From NCBI GenBank assembly GCA_045593845.1, contig JAZNXK010000004.1:4436-68435 (forward strand): a stretch of DNA of 64,000 nt, in the 5' to 3' direction. The position numbers and the translations under genes were made by a program. Below the pieces are notes generated by a model. The model saw only the letters and a list, made by a program, of their open reading frames with translations, was not told the DNA's origin and made no database searches. The DNA is from Alphaproteobacteria bacterium (GTDB lineage Bacteria > Pseudomonadota > Alphaproteobacteria > RF32 > CAG-239). This document shows, piece by piece, positions 15,894 through 25,839 of the stretch; position 1 is the stretch's first letter; every line of letters begins with the position of its first letter.

Positions 15894-15920
15894 AAAAAAA
15901 ACAGGCGGCCAAAAGCCGCC
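15894..15920 (-). terminator. Rho-independent terminator downstream of the yggT-like gene
   Basis: GC stem GGCGGC (15904-15909) / GCCGCC (15915-15920), followed on the minus strand by a T8 run (15894-15901). Confidence 0.6.
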
Positions 15921-15940
15921 CTATAAAAAAACAACAAAAC

Positions 15941-16210
15941 CTAGAGCATCAACTGACCGAGAACCGCTAATACAATAAATATAATCAACGGAATGGCATT
16001 CATACCCAAAATTGTATGAAATCTTTCCGGCAAAGCCTCTGCAACTTTTGCATAAACCGGAGAGGTGAGTTTGCTGATAAAATCAACTGTTTTTTGAACA
16101 ATTTCGTTTTTAGAAAAATCAAACATCTTATATTTCTTAAACAAAGAAACAACCATGTCGCACAAAACAATCAAAGCGCAAACAATAAATACAAAACCTA
16201 CTAAACTCAT
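15941..16210 (-). CDS. YggT-family small membrane protein
   Basis: 89 aa with two terminal TM helices. Its position upstream of DUF167 and folD matches the conserved yggT context. Confidence 0.55.
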   Translation of the reverse strand: MSLVGFVFIVCALIVLCDMVVSLFKKYKMFDFSKNEIVQKTVDFISKLTSPVYAKVAEALPERFHTILGMNAIPLIIFIVLAVLGQLML

Positions 16211-16293
16211 ATAAAACTCCTCAAATAAAAGTTATAAACTATCGACAATTATGAAACCATTTTTTCAAATTGTCTAGCTATTTTTAACATAAA

Positions 16294-17505
16294 TCACAGC
16301 GCATTACTATTTTTGAGGCACAAGGATTTATACCTTGCGGCATCAAAAAATTTTTTGTGCTGAACATCCTCATTACCGCAGCGATTACGCAAAAATGCAA
16401 TTTTGTTTTCGATATCCCTTTTTGTTTGTTTAGAATGAGCATGCAACATCTCTTCAGCATGCGACTCTCTCTCAAAATAGTGCCCATTCAAATTCTGCAT
16501 GAAATTATATTTCAAATCGGCATCAAAGTCATATCTTTCATGCGGAGGCAAAGCAACAGATGCATTATCACCGCCACTCAATACCTGATTCTTATGCTCC
16601 GGCAGTACCGGCACATCTACCTCATGTTCGGAAAGAATAAAATCATGAGGAGGCAATGCTATGTTACCATTATTTGATTTTGGTTCCAAAGATGGAGACT
16701 GATACCTTCTTCCCGGTTCTAACTCATACATAGATTTATATTGCTTATACAAATCAAAGTCATCACCATGATACATACCCAAAGCAATAAGCTCTTCTTT
16801 GGGTAGATTCCACATGACATCTTCTTTTGCCATTTTAGAAATAGCCTCAGTGTATTCAAGAGCTCGCCGCCTGTTTTCACGAATCATACGCTCTTCATCT
16901 TCTTTTTCGTCACTAACCGATCTGGTTGCTGATTGAATAGCCGAACGTAATTGACGCAACTTAACAAGCTTGTTATAAAGCAAATCATAGCGTTTCATGG
17001 CAAGAGGATATGAACTGCTCTGATACAAAGACAAACAAGTCATAATTTCAGCCTCTCTGACATATGAATCACTAATCCATGTATCTCGCAATTCCAAATC
17101 GGCATTAGTAATATAACCGTCATTCATCTTGGTAATAATTTCATTACACTCTTCAAACCAAGAATAATATTCCTGCCTTGAATTTGTTCCGGAACTGAGG
17201 TTTTCTATCGATTCTGCCAACATAAACTGTAAATCGGCTACCTTAATTTCTTTATTTTTAAAATTTACTTCTTTGCTCGGAGGCAACAAAACAACATCAT
17301 AAGATAACTTCACAAGATCATCATTAGGAATATCAGGATCCATATTTTTCAAACCGGACATAACCGCAGATCGTTGACTTGCTTCCATCATCGTATTTTT
17401 CTTATATTTATAACGGATAGCTTGCAATTTGGCTTTTTTTACAAGACTGGCCTTTGACTGAAGTTTTTCCGTTTTTTCGGTTTTATCTTCTTTTTTCCTC
17501 TGCAT
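16294..17505 (-). CDS. Hypothetical protein (about 403 aa) downstream of the second TerB-like gene
   Basis: The track start 17517 is TTG and the first ATG is at 17505. No recognisable domain. The motif ALPPH[DE] occurs twice near the C-terminus, and the N-terminus is basic. Confidence 0.55.
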   Translation of the reverse strand: MQRKKEDKTEKTEKLQSKASLVKKAKLQAIRYKYKKNTMMEASQRSAVMSGLKNMDPDIPNDDLVKLSYDVVLLPPSKEVNFKNKEIKVADLQFMLAESIENLSSGTNSRQEYYSWFEECNEIITKMNDGYITNADLELRDTWISDSYVREAEIMTCLSLYQSSSYPLAMKRYDLLYNKLVKLRQLRSAIQSATRSVSDEKEDEERMIRENRRRALEYTEAISKMAKEDVMWNLPKEELIALGMYHGDDFDLYKQYKSMYELEPGRRYQSPSLEPKSNNGNIALPPHDFILSEHEVDVPVLPEHKNQVLSGGDNASVALPPHERYDFDADLKYNFMQNLNGHYFERESHAEEMLHAHSKQTKRDIENKIAFLRNRCGNEDVQHKKFFDAARYKSLCLKNSNAL

Positions 17506-17523
17506 ATCAACCGCCAATCAAGG

Positions 17524-17952
17524 CTATATTTCTTCAAAAATAATTTTAGCTTTCTCTGCCAAAATCATTTTTTCAACAACCCAATCACTGATTTCTTCAA
17601 CTTTTGTCGGAGTAACGCCCATTGCTTCGCCTATTTTACCGATAAAAACGAGTTCTTCTTCAGACAAATCATTGTCCGCATAACCCAAAAAGCACAAATC
17701 TTTAATCAACTCCAACGCAGCACGACGACTTTTAATATTTTTAACTGATTTAATAACATCCTCATCAGAAGCATCAAATACTTTCGGGAAATATTTTTCA
17801 GGCAACAAATAGCTCTTGGCCATATTTTCGATAAACTTTTTCTCACTGTCATCAAAAACGCCGTCAGCGTGAGCCAATCTAGTAAAAGCCTGCAAATAAG
17901 CAACTTTTGCTTTATCGCTCAAGCCCATAATTTCATCATAAACTTCGTTCAT
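17524..17952 (-). CDS. TerB-like protein, 142 aa (paralog of 11428..11856)
   Basis: It carries the TerB half-motifs LAHADGVFDDSEKKFI and LGYADNDLSEEELVFI. AGGAGGA lies before ATG 17952. Confidence 0.65.
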   Translation of the reverse strand: MNEVYDEIMGLSDKAKVAYLQAFTRLAHADGVFDDSEKKFIENMAKSYLLPEKYFPKVFDASDEDVIKSVKNIKSRRAALELIKDLCFLGYADNDLSEEELVFIGKIGEAMGVTPTKVEEISDWVVEKMILAEKAKIIFEEI

Positions 17953-18112
17953 ATTTTCCTCCTATAGATAAACGCCTCAATCAGGGTAATATAAAAAATC
18001 TTAATTTAGGCTTAACATAATTTAAAAATCTTATAAAATGAAAAATTGCTTGAAAAGATCGAGGATTAGTCTAATATAGATAAAATATTGAATAAACAGG
18101 ATTACGAAAACA

Positions 18113-19456
18113 GTGCGCTACTACATAAAAACTTTCGGCTGCCAAATGAATGTCTACGATTCGCAAAGAATTGCCGACATTCTTACTAATATGGGACATA
18201 CCCCAACTTCTCAAATTAAAAATGCCGATATAATTTTGTTCAACACTTGTCACATCCGCGAAAAAGCCGCCGAAAAGCTTTTTTCCGACCTTGGAAGAGC
18301 CGAAATCATAAAACAAGAGCGAGCACTTGAAGGTAAGGAAACAATTATCGGTGTTGTAGGTTGCGTCGTCCAAGCCGAAAACGAACAAATCGCTAAAAGA
18401 GCCCCCTATGTAAATTTTGCAACCGGCCCGCTTACATATCACCGCATACCGGAAATTTTGGAGCGCATTGCAAGGCAAAAAAATATTTGCGTTATTGATA
18501 CCGAATTTCCTGCCGAAAGCAAATTCGATTATCTGCCGGAAAATCATGCTCACGGAGGTTGTGCATACCTTGCGGTGCAAGAAGGCTGCAACAATTTCTG
18601 CACCTATTGCATTGTTCCCTACACTCGCGGAGTTGAAACTTCTCGCCCAATTGATGATGTTATCTCCGAAGCTGAAAAACTCGTAAATTCCGGAGTTTTA
18701 GAAATTAACCTTTTAGGGCAAAATGTTAATTCGTATCATGGCGAAGATGCCAACGGTAAAGAACGTAATTTGGCATATCTCCTAAACAAAATGTCTGAAA
18801 TTGAAGGATTACAGCGCCTTCGCTATACCACATCATATCCTGCCGATATGACGGATGACCTGATTTCATGTCACAAAAACCTTTCAAAACTTATGCCCTA
18901 TCTGCACCTGCCACTGCAATCAGGCTCGGATAAAATATTAAAAGCCATGAACAGACGTCATAACACCGCGCAATATTTAGCTGTAATCGAAAAATTACAA
19001 AACGCTAACCCTAATCTGCGCTTTGCATCCGACTTTATCGTCGGTTTTCCTGGTGAAACCGATCAGGATTTTGAAGCAACACTAAAGATAGCTAAACAAA
19101 TAAACTACATACAATCATTTTCTTTCAAATACAGCCGTCGTCCCGGCACTCCTGCCGCTGTTTTTCCCAATCAGGTTGAAGAAAAGGTTAAACAACAACG
19201 TCTCGCCGTTTTGCAAGAAGAACTTTTTGCTATGCAGCTGAAGTTCAATCAATCTTGCGTTGGAAAAACCATGCCGGTTTTGTTTGAAAGCAAAGGAAAA
19301 CAGAAAGGCGAAATATTCGGACGCACTCCTTATATGCAAACCATAGTTACTAAAGGAACAGAGGCAGACTTAAATCTAATAAAAAACGTAACCGTAGCTT
19401 CCGGCGGTATGAACTCGCTGACAGGCTCAATCATTAACCAAACAAAGGCATTATAA
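18113..19456 (+). CDS. miaB: tRNA-2-methylthio-N6-dimethylallyladenosine synthase
   Basis: 447 aa with a GTG start. UPF0004 N-domain (IKTFGCQMN), radical-SAM CNNFCTYCIVP motif, and a TRAM C-terminus. Confidence 0.93.
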   Translation: MRYYIKTFGCQMNVYDSQRIADILTNMGHTPTSQIKNADIILFNTCHIREKAAEKLFSDLGRAEIIKQERALEGKETIIGVVGCVVQAENEQIAKRAPYVNFATGPLTYHRIPEILERIARQKNICVIDTEFPAESKFDYLPENHAHGGCAYLAVQEGCNNFCTYCIVPYTRGVETSRPIDDVISEAEKLVNSGVLEINLLGQNVNSYHGEDANGKERNLAYLLNKMSEIEGLQRLRYTTSYPADMTDDLISCHKNLSKLMPYLHLPLQSGSDKILKAMNRRHNTAQYLAVIEKLQNANPNLRFASDFIVGFPGETDQDFEATLKIAKQINYIQSFSFKYSRRPGTPAAVFPNQVEEKVKQQRLAVLQEELFAMQLKFNQSCVGKTMPVLFESKGKQKGEIFGRTPYMQTIVTKGTEADLNLIKNVTVASGGMNSLTGSIINQTKAL

Positions 19457-19457
19457 A

Positions 19458-20426
19458 ATGGCAGAAATAGAATTTGAACTTTTTAATAATCAACTTTTGC
19501 AACAACTTGTCGGCGCAAACGACAGCAACCTCAAAATTATTGAAGAAATGCTTAATGTCGAAATCGCAACCGTAGGCAATCAAATTCACATCAAAGGTAA
19601 TAAAACCAACTGTGAAAAAGCCAAACTTTCCTTAAATGACCTGTATAACAAAGTAAGCCGCGGTATTGCAATCGGTGAACAAGAAGTAAAAGCAGCTGTC
19701 AGAATGCACAAAGGAACATCAAAAACCGATAGCAAAAAACCTGATGTCAACTTGAGCGACATTGTCCTCAAAACCAAAAAACGTCACATTTATCCCCGCT
19801 CGCAAACCCAAGCTCAATACATATTGGAAATGATGAATAATGAACTTGTATTCGGACTTGGCCCTGCCGGTACCGGAAAAACCTATTTGGCAGTCGCGTT
19901 GGCAGTATCTATGATGTTGGAAGGCACCATTGATAAGATAATTCTTTCTCGTCCGGCAGTAGAAGCAGGAGAAAATTTGGGATTTTTACCCGGTGATTTG
20001 AAAGAAAAAGTCGATCCTTATTTGCGTCCATTGTATGATGCTTTATATGAAATGCTTCCGAATGAACAAGTTGATAAAAAAATCGCCGCCGGTGAAATCG
20101 AAATTGCCCCGCTTGCTTTTATGCGCGGCAGAACCTTGTCTAATGCCTTTGTAATCTTGGATGAAGCACAGAACACAACCCCAATGCAAATGAAAATGTT
20201 TCTAACCCGTCTCGGCGAAAATTCGCGCATGGTAGTCAATGGAGATTTAAGTCAGGTAGACTTACCTCGCGGTAGTGTCTCGGGATTGAAAGACGCACTT
20301 AATACTCTGCGAAACATCAAAGGTATAACTTCCGTTACCTTTACCGCAGAAGATGTTGTCCGTCACGGCTTGGTTTCAAAAATTGTTCTGGCTTACGAAA
20401 AACGTAAAAAGGAAGAAAATGATTAA
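19458..20426 (+). CDS. phoH: PhoH-family ATPase
   Basis: 322 aa with Walker A GPAGTGKTY and the motifs ILDEAQN and VVNGDLSQVDLP. Confidence 0.9.
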   Translation: MAEIEFELFNNQLLQQLVGANDSNLKIIEEMLNVEIATVGNQIHIKGNKTNCEKAKLSLNDLYNKVSRGIAIGEQEVKAAVRMHKGTSKTDSKKPDVNLSDIVLKTKKRHIYPRSQTQAQYILEMMNNELVFGLGPAGTGKTYLAVALAVSMMLEGTIDKIILSRPAVEAGENLGFLPGDLKEKVDPYLRPLYDALYEMLPNEQVDKKIAAGEIEIAPLAFMRGRTLSNAFVILDEAQNTTPMQMKMFLTRLGENSRMVVNGDLSQVDLPRGSVSGLKDALNTLRNIKGITSVTFTAEDVVRHGLVSKIVLAYEKRKKEEND

Positions 20427-20928
20427 AACCAAACTCAATCTTAATTTTGCCGATAAAAATTGGAAAAAAGAATTGCATGATGTGCAAAAAGTTTCCGAAG
20501 ATATTTTGGCACAAGTCATCAATGACAAAACCCCTTCTTGGCTGCAAAATAAAGAGGTTGCCGTCAATTTATCCTTGAGCAACGACGAAGAAATCAAACA
20601 GCTGAATTCAGAATTTCGCAATTTGGATAAACCGACAAATGTCCTCTCTTTTGCCAATATTGATGACGAAGAATTTGAATATTATCTCAATCAAAACAAG
20701 CAAATAGAACTAGGCGACGTTATCATTTCTCTGCAAACCATGCTTGAGCAAAGTCAGCAAGAAGAAATCAGCCTCCACGACCACTATTGCCACATATGGG
20801 TACATGCCCTGCTTCATCTCTTGGGCTATGACCATATAGAACAAGAAGAAGCAGAAGAAATGGAAAGCGAAGAAATAAGAATTTTACAAACCTTAAACAT
20901 AGCAAACCCCTACAAGGAGAAAATTTAA
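20419..20928 (+). CDS. ybeY: rRNA maturation endoribonuclease YbeY
   Basis: ATG 20419 overlaps the phoH stop by 8 nt (ATGATTAA). The zinc motif HALLHLLGYDH is present. Confidence 0.9.
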   Translation: MIKTKLNLNFADKNWKKELHDVQKVSEDILAQVINDKTPSWLQNKEVAVNLSLSNDEEIKQLNSEFRNLDKPTNVLSFANIDDEEFEYYLNQNKQIELGDVIISLQTMLEQSQQEEISLHDHYCHIWVHALLHLLGYDHIEQEEAEEMESEEIRILQTLNIANPYKEKI

Positions 20929-20930
20929 TC

Positions 20931-21800
20931 ATGAATGATGAAAATCAAGGTCACGGTTTTTGCAGTTACTTTAAGAACATTTTCAACAAAGGAAATGAAG
21001 ATGTCCGCGAAACTATTGAAGATTTGATTGAAGAAGCAGTTGATAACACCGGTAAAGATGCTTTCAGTGAGCACGAACAACTATTGATTTCCAATCTTTT
21101 GGGTATAAAAGACAAAAAGGCTTGCCGTGTAATGGTTCCCCGCTCCGACATAATCGCTTTTCAAAAAGACGGCACCGTCGAAGAATTGGCAAAACTGATG
21201 GTTGAAAGAGGTCACTCCCGTATTCCCGTTTATGGAGAATCTTTAGACGATATTACAGGATTTTTACATATTATTGATTTAGCAAAATGCTTACTCAAAG
21301 GGGAAGATAAAACACCTGTATCAAAGATAGAAATCAACAAAATCAAATTCACTTCACCCGATATTCCGGTACTTGATTTATTAAAAGACATGCAACAAAA
21401 CAAAAATCACATGGCAATTATCGTTGATGATTACGGCGGAGTATGCGGTTTGGTAACTATTGAAGACTTGCTCGAAGAGATTGTCGGTGATATAGAAGAC
21501 GAATATGACTTGGAAGAAAATCATATTATAACCTTGCAAGAAAAAGGATTATTTGTTGCTGATGCCAAAGCATATTTGGATGAAGTAAAAGACACAACCG
21601 GTCTCGATTTGGAAAGTATTGACGAAGAAGGAAACACCGTTGATACTCTCGGCGGCTATGTGTTTGATTTGGCACAACGCATCCCTAACAAAGGCGAAAT
21701 TATTTCCGGTCATGACGGGGTAAAATTCAAAATTTTAGATGTTGACCCGAGCCGTATTAAAAAAATTATGATTATAATGCCGACTTCAAATGCAGAATAA
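20931..21800 (+). CDS. corC: HlyC/CorC family transporter-associated protein (CBS pair plus CorC_HlyC domain)
   Basis: 289 aa with a CBS pair and the C-terminal TLGGYVFDLAQRIPNKGE motif. It sits in the conserved position after ybeY. Confidence 0.85.
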   Translation: MNDENQGHGFCSYFKNIFNKGNEDVRETIEDLIEEAVDNTGKDAFSEHEQLLISNLLGIKDKKACRVMVPRSDIIAFQKDGTVEELAKLMVERGHSRIPVYGESLDDITGFLHIIDLAKCLLKGEDKTPVSKIEINKIKFTSPDIPVLDLLKDMQQNKNHMAIIVDDYGGVCGLVTIEDLLEEIVGDIEDEYDLEENHIITLQEKGLFVADAKAYLDEVKDTTGLDLESIDEEGNTVDTLGGYVFDLAQRIPNKGEIISGHDGVKFKILDVDPSRIKKIMIIMPTSNAE

Positions 21801-23352
21801 AATGCTCAATATCAAAAAGATTTTTCAATATCCCAAAACATTAGCTCTCATTTTGGGCATAATAGCAACTTTCGCACTTCCTCCATATTATCAGATATGG
21901 TGCCTTTTCATATCTTTCGGGCTATTTGCCGTCTTGTTGGAAAAATCCGAAAACAAACTTAAATCATTCCTGATCGGTTATTGCTTTGGAGCAGGATTTT
22001 TTGCCATAGGTTTTTCTTGGGTTGCCAATGCCTTGGCTTTGGATATAAAAAGCTTCGGCTGGCTTATTCCCCTTGCTCTATTAGGTTCAGGTTTATTTTT
22101 CGGGCTATTTGGCGGCTTTGCGGCTTTTTGCAGCTCTTTTTTCAAAGGTTTATTTGCCAAAATTATTGCTCTTGGCACCTTTTGGGGTATTTCAGAATGG
22201 TTACGTTCATTCATATTGACCGGATTTCCTTGGAACTTACTCGGCAGTATTTGGACATTTGACCATACATGGCTGCAAACGGTATCCTTATTCGGAACTT
22301 ACGGGCTATCGGCGCTAACCGTTATCATTTTTTCTCTACCCGCTATTTTCATAGTCAAGCCCTGCAAAAAAAATGCCGCAATATCAATACTATCGGCTAC
22401 AAGCATTATTTTATGCATTGTAATATTCGGATTCTGGAACTGTCAAAAACACGGAGAAATAAAAAATTCATCATTATCAATAAGAGTAGTCCAACCCAGT
22501 ATTCCCCAAAGTCTAAAATGGGATTTCGGTAATTTGGAAGCAAATTTGTATGAATATATTTCCATGTCACAAGAGATGGGATTTGAAGGTAAAGATTTGA
22601 TTATTTGGGGCGAAACAGCCAGCACATTTCCCATAAGCATAGACCACCCCCATTTCGAACAAACAAAACTCGCCGTTCCGCCTCATGGATATTTAATAAC
22701 CGGCAGTGTTGACTATTTTCCGGCTCAAAACGACCGTTGGGTTCCAATAAATGCCGCCCATATAATCGAACAGGGAAAAGGCATTATAAACAGCTACATA
22801 AAGGCACATCTTGTTCCTTTCGGCGAATATATTCCGTTTCGCAAATTTTTACCTCGACAGCTGCGCCCCATCACCAAAGTTATTACCGATTTCAAAGCCG
22901 GTGAAGGAGCAAAAACATTTTCAGTTCCCAATCTTCCGCCGGTAGGTTTGCTTATCTGCTACGAAATTATTTTTCCACACCAGATTATGGACTATAACAA
23001 CCGTCCTGAATGGATAATCAATATGACCAACGACGGGTGGTATGGTTTGAGTGCCGGTCCGTACCAACATTTGGCCACAGCACAACTGCGTGCCGCCGAA
23101 GAAGGAATTACCATAGTAAGAGCCGCAAATTCCGGCATATCCGCGCTTATATCCCCCAGCGGAAAAATCATAAAATCAGCTCCTTTACACAGCAAACAAA
23201 ATCTTGACTTTTATTTGCCGCAAAATCTTTCTTATACGACCATATACTCAAAATATGGCAATAATACCTTTTTTGTTTTTGCGCTTTTATTATCACTTAT
23301 CGCCATGCTCGCTTCAATATTGCACAAAAGGCATAATGTAGATAATACATAA
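21790..23352 (+). CDS. lnt: Apolipoprotein N-acyltransferase
   Basis: 520 aa with an N-terminal polytopic domain and a C-terminal CN-hydrolase domain (WGETA, LICYEIIFP). Confidence 0.9.
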   Translation: MQNKMLNIKKIFQYPKTLALILGIIATFALPPYYQIWCLFISFGLFAVLLEKSENKLKSFLIGYCFGAGFFAIGFSWVANALALDIKSFGWLIPLALLGSGLFFGLFGGFAAFCSSFFKGLFAKIIALGTFWGISEWLRSFILTGFPWNLLGSIWTFDHTWLQTVSLFGTYGLSALTVIIFSLPAIFIVKPCKKNAAISILSATSIILCIVIFGFWNCQKHGEIKNSSLSIRVVQPSIPQSLKWDFGNLEANLYEYISMSQEMGFEGKDLIIWGETASTFPISIDHPHFEQTKLAVPPHGYLITGSVDYFPAQNDRWVPINAAHIIEQGKGIINSYIKAHLVPFGEYIPFRKFLPRQLRPITKVITDFKAGEGAKTFSVPNLPPVGLLICYEIIFPHQIMDYNNRPEWIINMTNDGWYGLSAGPYQHLATAQLRAAEEGITIVRAANSGISALISPSGKIIKSAPLHSKQNLDFYLPQNLSYTTIYSKYGNNTFFVFALLLSLIAMLASILHKRHNVDNT

Positions 23353-23422
23353 ATAAACATTGACAAAACGAGGCATTTATACAACGATACATACATAAAA
23401 ATCTTACCGGAGATACTAAAAA

Positions 23423-23941
23423 ATGACTACACAAAAATCCAAAAAAGCAAGCCGCGGCCGCACCCCGAGCGGACAACCAAATCCCATTGATGTTCACGTC
23501 GGTAATCGCATACGTTTGCGCCGTAATGTTTTAGGCTGGAGTCAGGAGAAAATGTCTGAAATGTTAGGACTAACCTTTCAACAACTCCAAAAATATGAGC
23601 GCGGTGATAATCGCGTCAGCGCCAGTCGTTTGTGGGATATCGGTAACGTCCTAAACGTGCCTATCGGCTTTTTCTTTGAAGATATGGATAAAAGTGTATC
23701 TGCACAAAGCCCTCGCACATTCAGTATGCCTGAAAACAATTCAAGCACTCTCTACTTGCATGAAGATACTCCGGATATTGAGCTTGACCCTATGAAAAAG
23801 CAAGAAACCTTAAAACTTGTAAATTCATATTATAAAATCAATAACCGCAAAGCAGCGCACCTGCTCTTGGAGTTGGCAATAACGATGTCAAAGTCTAATT
23901 TCTCGCAAAAAACGCAAGATAATGACGAAGACAAAGAATAA
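23423..23941 (+). CDS. XRE-family helix-turn-helix transcriptional regulator
   Basis: 172 aa. The HTH_3 region reads VGNRIRLRRNVLGWSQEKMSEMLGLTFQQLQKYERGDNRVSASRL. The lnt-HTH-metK placement is conserved in alphaproteobacteria. Confidence 0.85.
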   Translation: MTTQKSKKASRGRTPSGQPNPIDVHVGNRIRLRRNVLGWSQEKMSEMLGLTFQQLQKYERGDNRVSASRLWDIGNVLNVPIGFFFEDMDKSVSAQSPRTFSMPENNSSTLYLHEDTPDIELDPMKKQETLKLVNSYYKINNRKAAHLLLELAITMSKSNFSQKTQDNDEDKE

Positions 23942-23990
23942 CCTAAACAACTAAAAACTGACATTTCCCTCATTTATATCGGAGAAACCT

Positions 23991-25133
23991 ATGAGCTATT
24001 TATTCACAAGCGAAGCCGTATCTTGCGGCCATCCTGACAAAATCTGCGACCAAATATCTGATGCAATTCTTGACTTACATATAGCACAAGATCCCAATGC
24101 TCACACGGCAATAGAAACTTTGGCAACCACAAACCACGTCACTATTGCAGGAGAAACCTTAAGTCAAGCTGAAATTTCCCGAAATCAAATCGAAGAAACT
24201 GTTCGCAACACAGTCAAAAATGTGGGATATGAACAATCAGGATTTGATTGGAGAACTCTTCGCATTGAAAATTATATACACTCACAATCAGCTGACATTG
24301 CCGAGGGAATAAAAGATTTTGGAGCCGGAGATCAAGGAATTATGTTCGGATATGCCAAAAAAGAAACCGGTTTTGACACTGAATATATGCCATTGGCAGC
24401 ATTTTTATCCAACAGAATATTACACAATTTGCGCCTGCAGAAAAACCAAAACATTTTGCCTGATGCCAAAAGTCAGGTAACCATTGAATATTCCGATGAC
24501 GGAACTGCGCAGAGAGTAACCAAAGTTGTTCTCTCAACACAGCACTCTGCCAATATTTCTCTTGAAGAAGTTGCAGAAATCGTAAAACCGGTAATTTTCA
24601 GCACAATTCCTTCAAAACTTTCTCCTCAAGAAGCCGAACTTCTGATAAATCCGGCCGGAAAATTTGTTATCGGTGGTCCTGACGGAGATGCCGGACTTAC
24701 CGGACGAAAAATAATTGTCGATACATACGGCGGCTACGCACCTCACGGCGGTGGTGCTTTTTCCGGCAAAGACCCGAGTAAAGTTGATCGCTCTGCTGCT
24801 TATATGTTACGTTGGTTGGCAAAAAATGTAGTCGCAGCCAACCTGGCCAAAGAGTGCTTATTGCAAATTTCTTATGCCATCGGACAGGCAGAACCTTTGT
24901 CTTTGTTCATAGATTGCAAAAATACTGCCCATACGGATGAGAAAAAAATCTTACAATTTATCAAAAAAAATATCGACCTCACACCCAGAGGAATTATCAA
25001 ATCTCTCGAATTGAAAAAGCCGATTTATTTACCCACTGCCGCATACGGACATTTTGGGCGAAAACCGGACGATTTCGGGCATTTCAGTTGGGAAAAAGAA
25101 AATCTTGTTACGGAATTTACCCAATGTTTATAG
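23991..25133 (+). CDS. metK: S-adenosylmethionine synthase
   Basis: 380 aa with the motifs GHPDKICDQISDA, GAGDQGIMFGYA and GGGAFSGKDPSKVDRS. Confidence 0.97.
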   Translation: MSYLFTSEAVSCGHPDKICDQISDAILDLHIAQDPNAHTAIETLATTNHVTIAGETLSQAEISRNQIEETVRNTVKNVGYEQSGFDWRTLRIENYIHSQSADIAEGIKDFGAGDQGIMFGYAKKETGFDTEYMPLAAFLSNRILHNLRLQKNQNILPDAKSQVTIEYSDDGTAQRVTKVVLSTQHSANISLEEVAEIVKPVIFSTIPSKLSPQEAELLINPAGKFVIGGPDGDAGLTGRKIIVDTYGGYAPHGGGAFSGKDPSKVDRSAAYMLRWLAKNVVAANLAKECLLQISYAIGQAEPLSLFIDCKNTAHTDEKKILQFIKKNIDLTPRGIIKSLELKKPIYLPTAAYGHFGRKPDDFGHFSWEKENLVTEFTQCL

Positions 25134-25837
25134 AAGATAAGCCCCATTTTTTCGGACGCAGACAAGGTCGCAGATTGCGTAAAGCCAAATCAGCCCTGAT
25201 GGATGTTTTCTTGCCGACCATAAAACTTGATAGTAAAAATCCACTGTCTTTTGTCGGCAAAAATCAAAAGCTCTACCTTGAAATCGGCTTCGGTGACGGT
25301 GACCACCTTGCCGAACATTCACTTCTGCACAAAGATATTTGTTATATAGGTGCCGAAGTTTTCAAAAACGGTGTTGCCAATTTATTGAGCCTTATTACCG
25401 GCATCAAAACCAACGACGAAATATCGGAACAAATATCACTTCTCCCCGACCGCGTTGATAATTTGAGAATTTGGGATGATGACATCAGATTGCTTTTTCC
25501 CCTGCTCCCGGATGCATGCTTGGATAAAGTTTTTCTGCTTTTTCCCGACCCATGGCCCAAAAAACGCCATGCCAATCGCCGTTTTATAAATCCGGAAAAT
25601 TTGCAAACTTTGTCACGTCTCATTAAACCGAACGGCATATTGCGTATTGCTACCGACCACAACACATACAAATTTTGGACTTTGCGCCAACTGCATAATT
25701 GTCCATATTTTGAATGGACTGCAACCTGCGGTGCAGATTGGAAAAACCCTCCCTCTGATTGGGTAGAAACAAAATATCAAAGAAAAGCCTTGCGCGAAGG
25801 AAGACGTCCTGTTTTCTTGGATTTTCGCCGTAAATAA
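25124..25837 (+). CDS. trmB: tRNA (guanine-N7)-methyltransferase
   Basis: ATG 25124 overlaps the metK end by 10 nt, and the track start 25088 is TTG. TrmB motifs are present (LEIGFGDG, FPDPWPKKRH, TKYQRKA). Confidence 0.88.
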   Translation: MFIEDKPHFFGRRQGRRLRKAKSALMDVFLPTIKLDSKNPLSFVGKNQKLYLEIGFGDGDHLAEHSLLHKDICYIGAEVFKNGVANLLSLITGIKTNDEISEQISLLPDRVDNLRIWDDDIRLLFPLLPDACLDKVFLLFPDPWPKKRHANRRFINPENLQTLSRLIKPNGILRIATDHNTYKFWTLRQLHNCPYFEWTATCGADWKNPPSDWVETKYQRKALREGRRPVFLDFRRK

Positions 25838-25839
25838 TT

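Noticed and set aside
23942-23990. A SAM riboswitch upstream of metK
   Set aside because: The intergenic region is only 49 nt and shows no pseudoknot-forming or stem structure. It is too short for any SAM riboswitch class.
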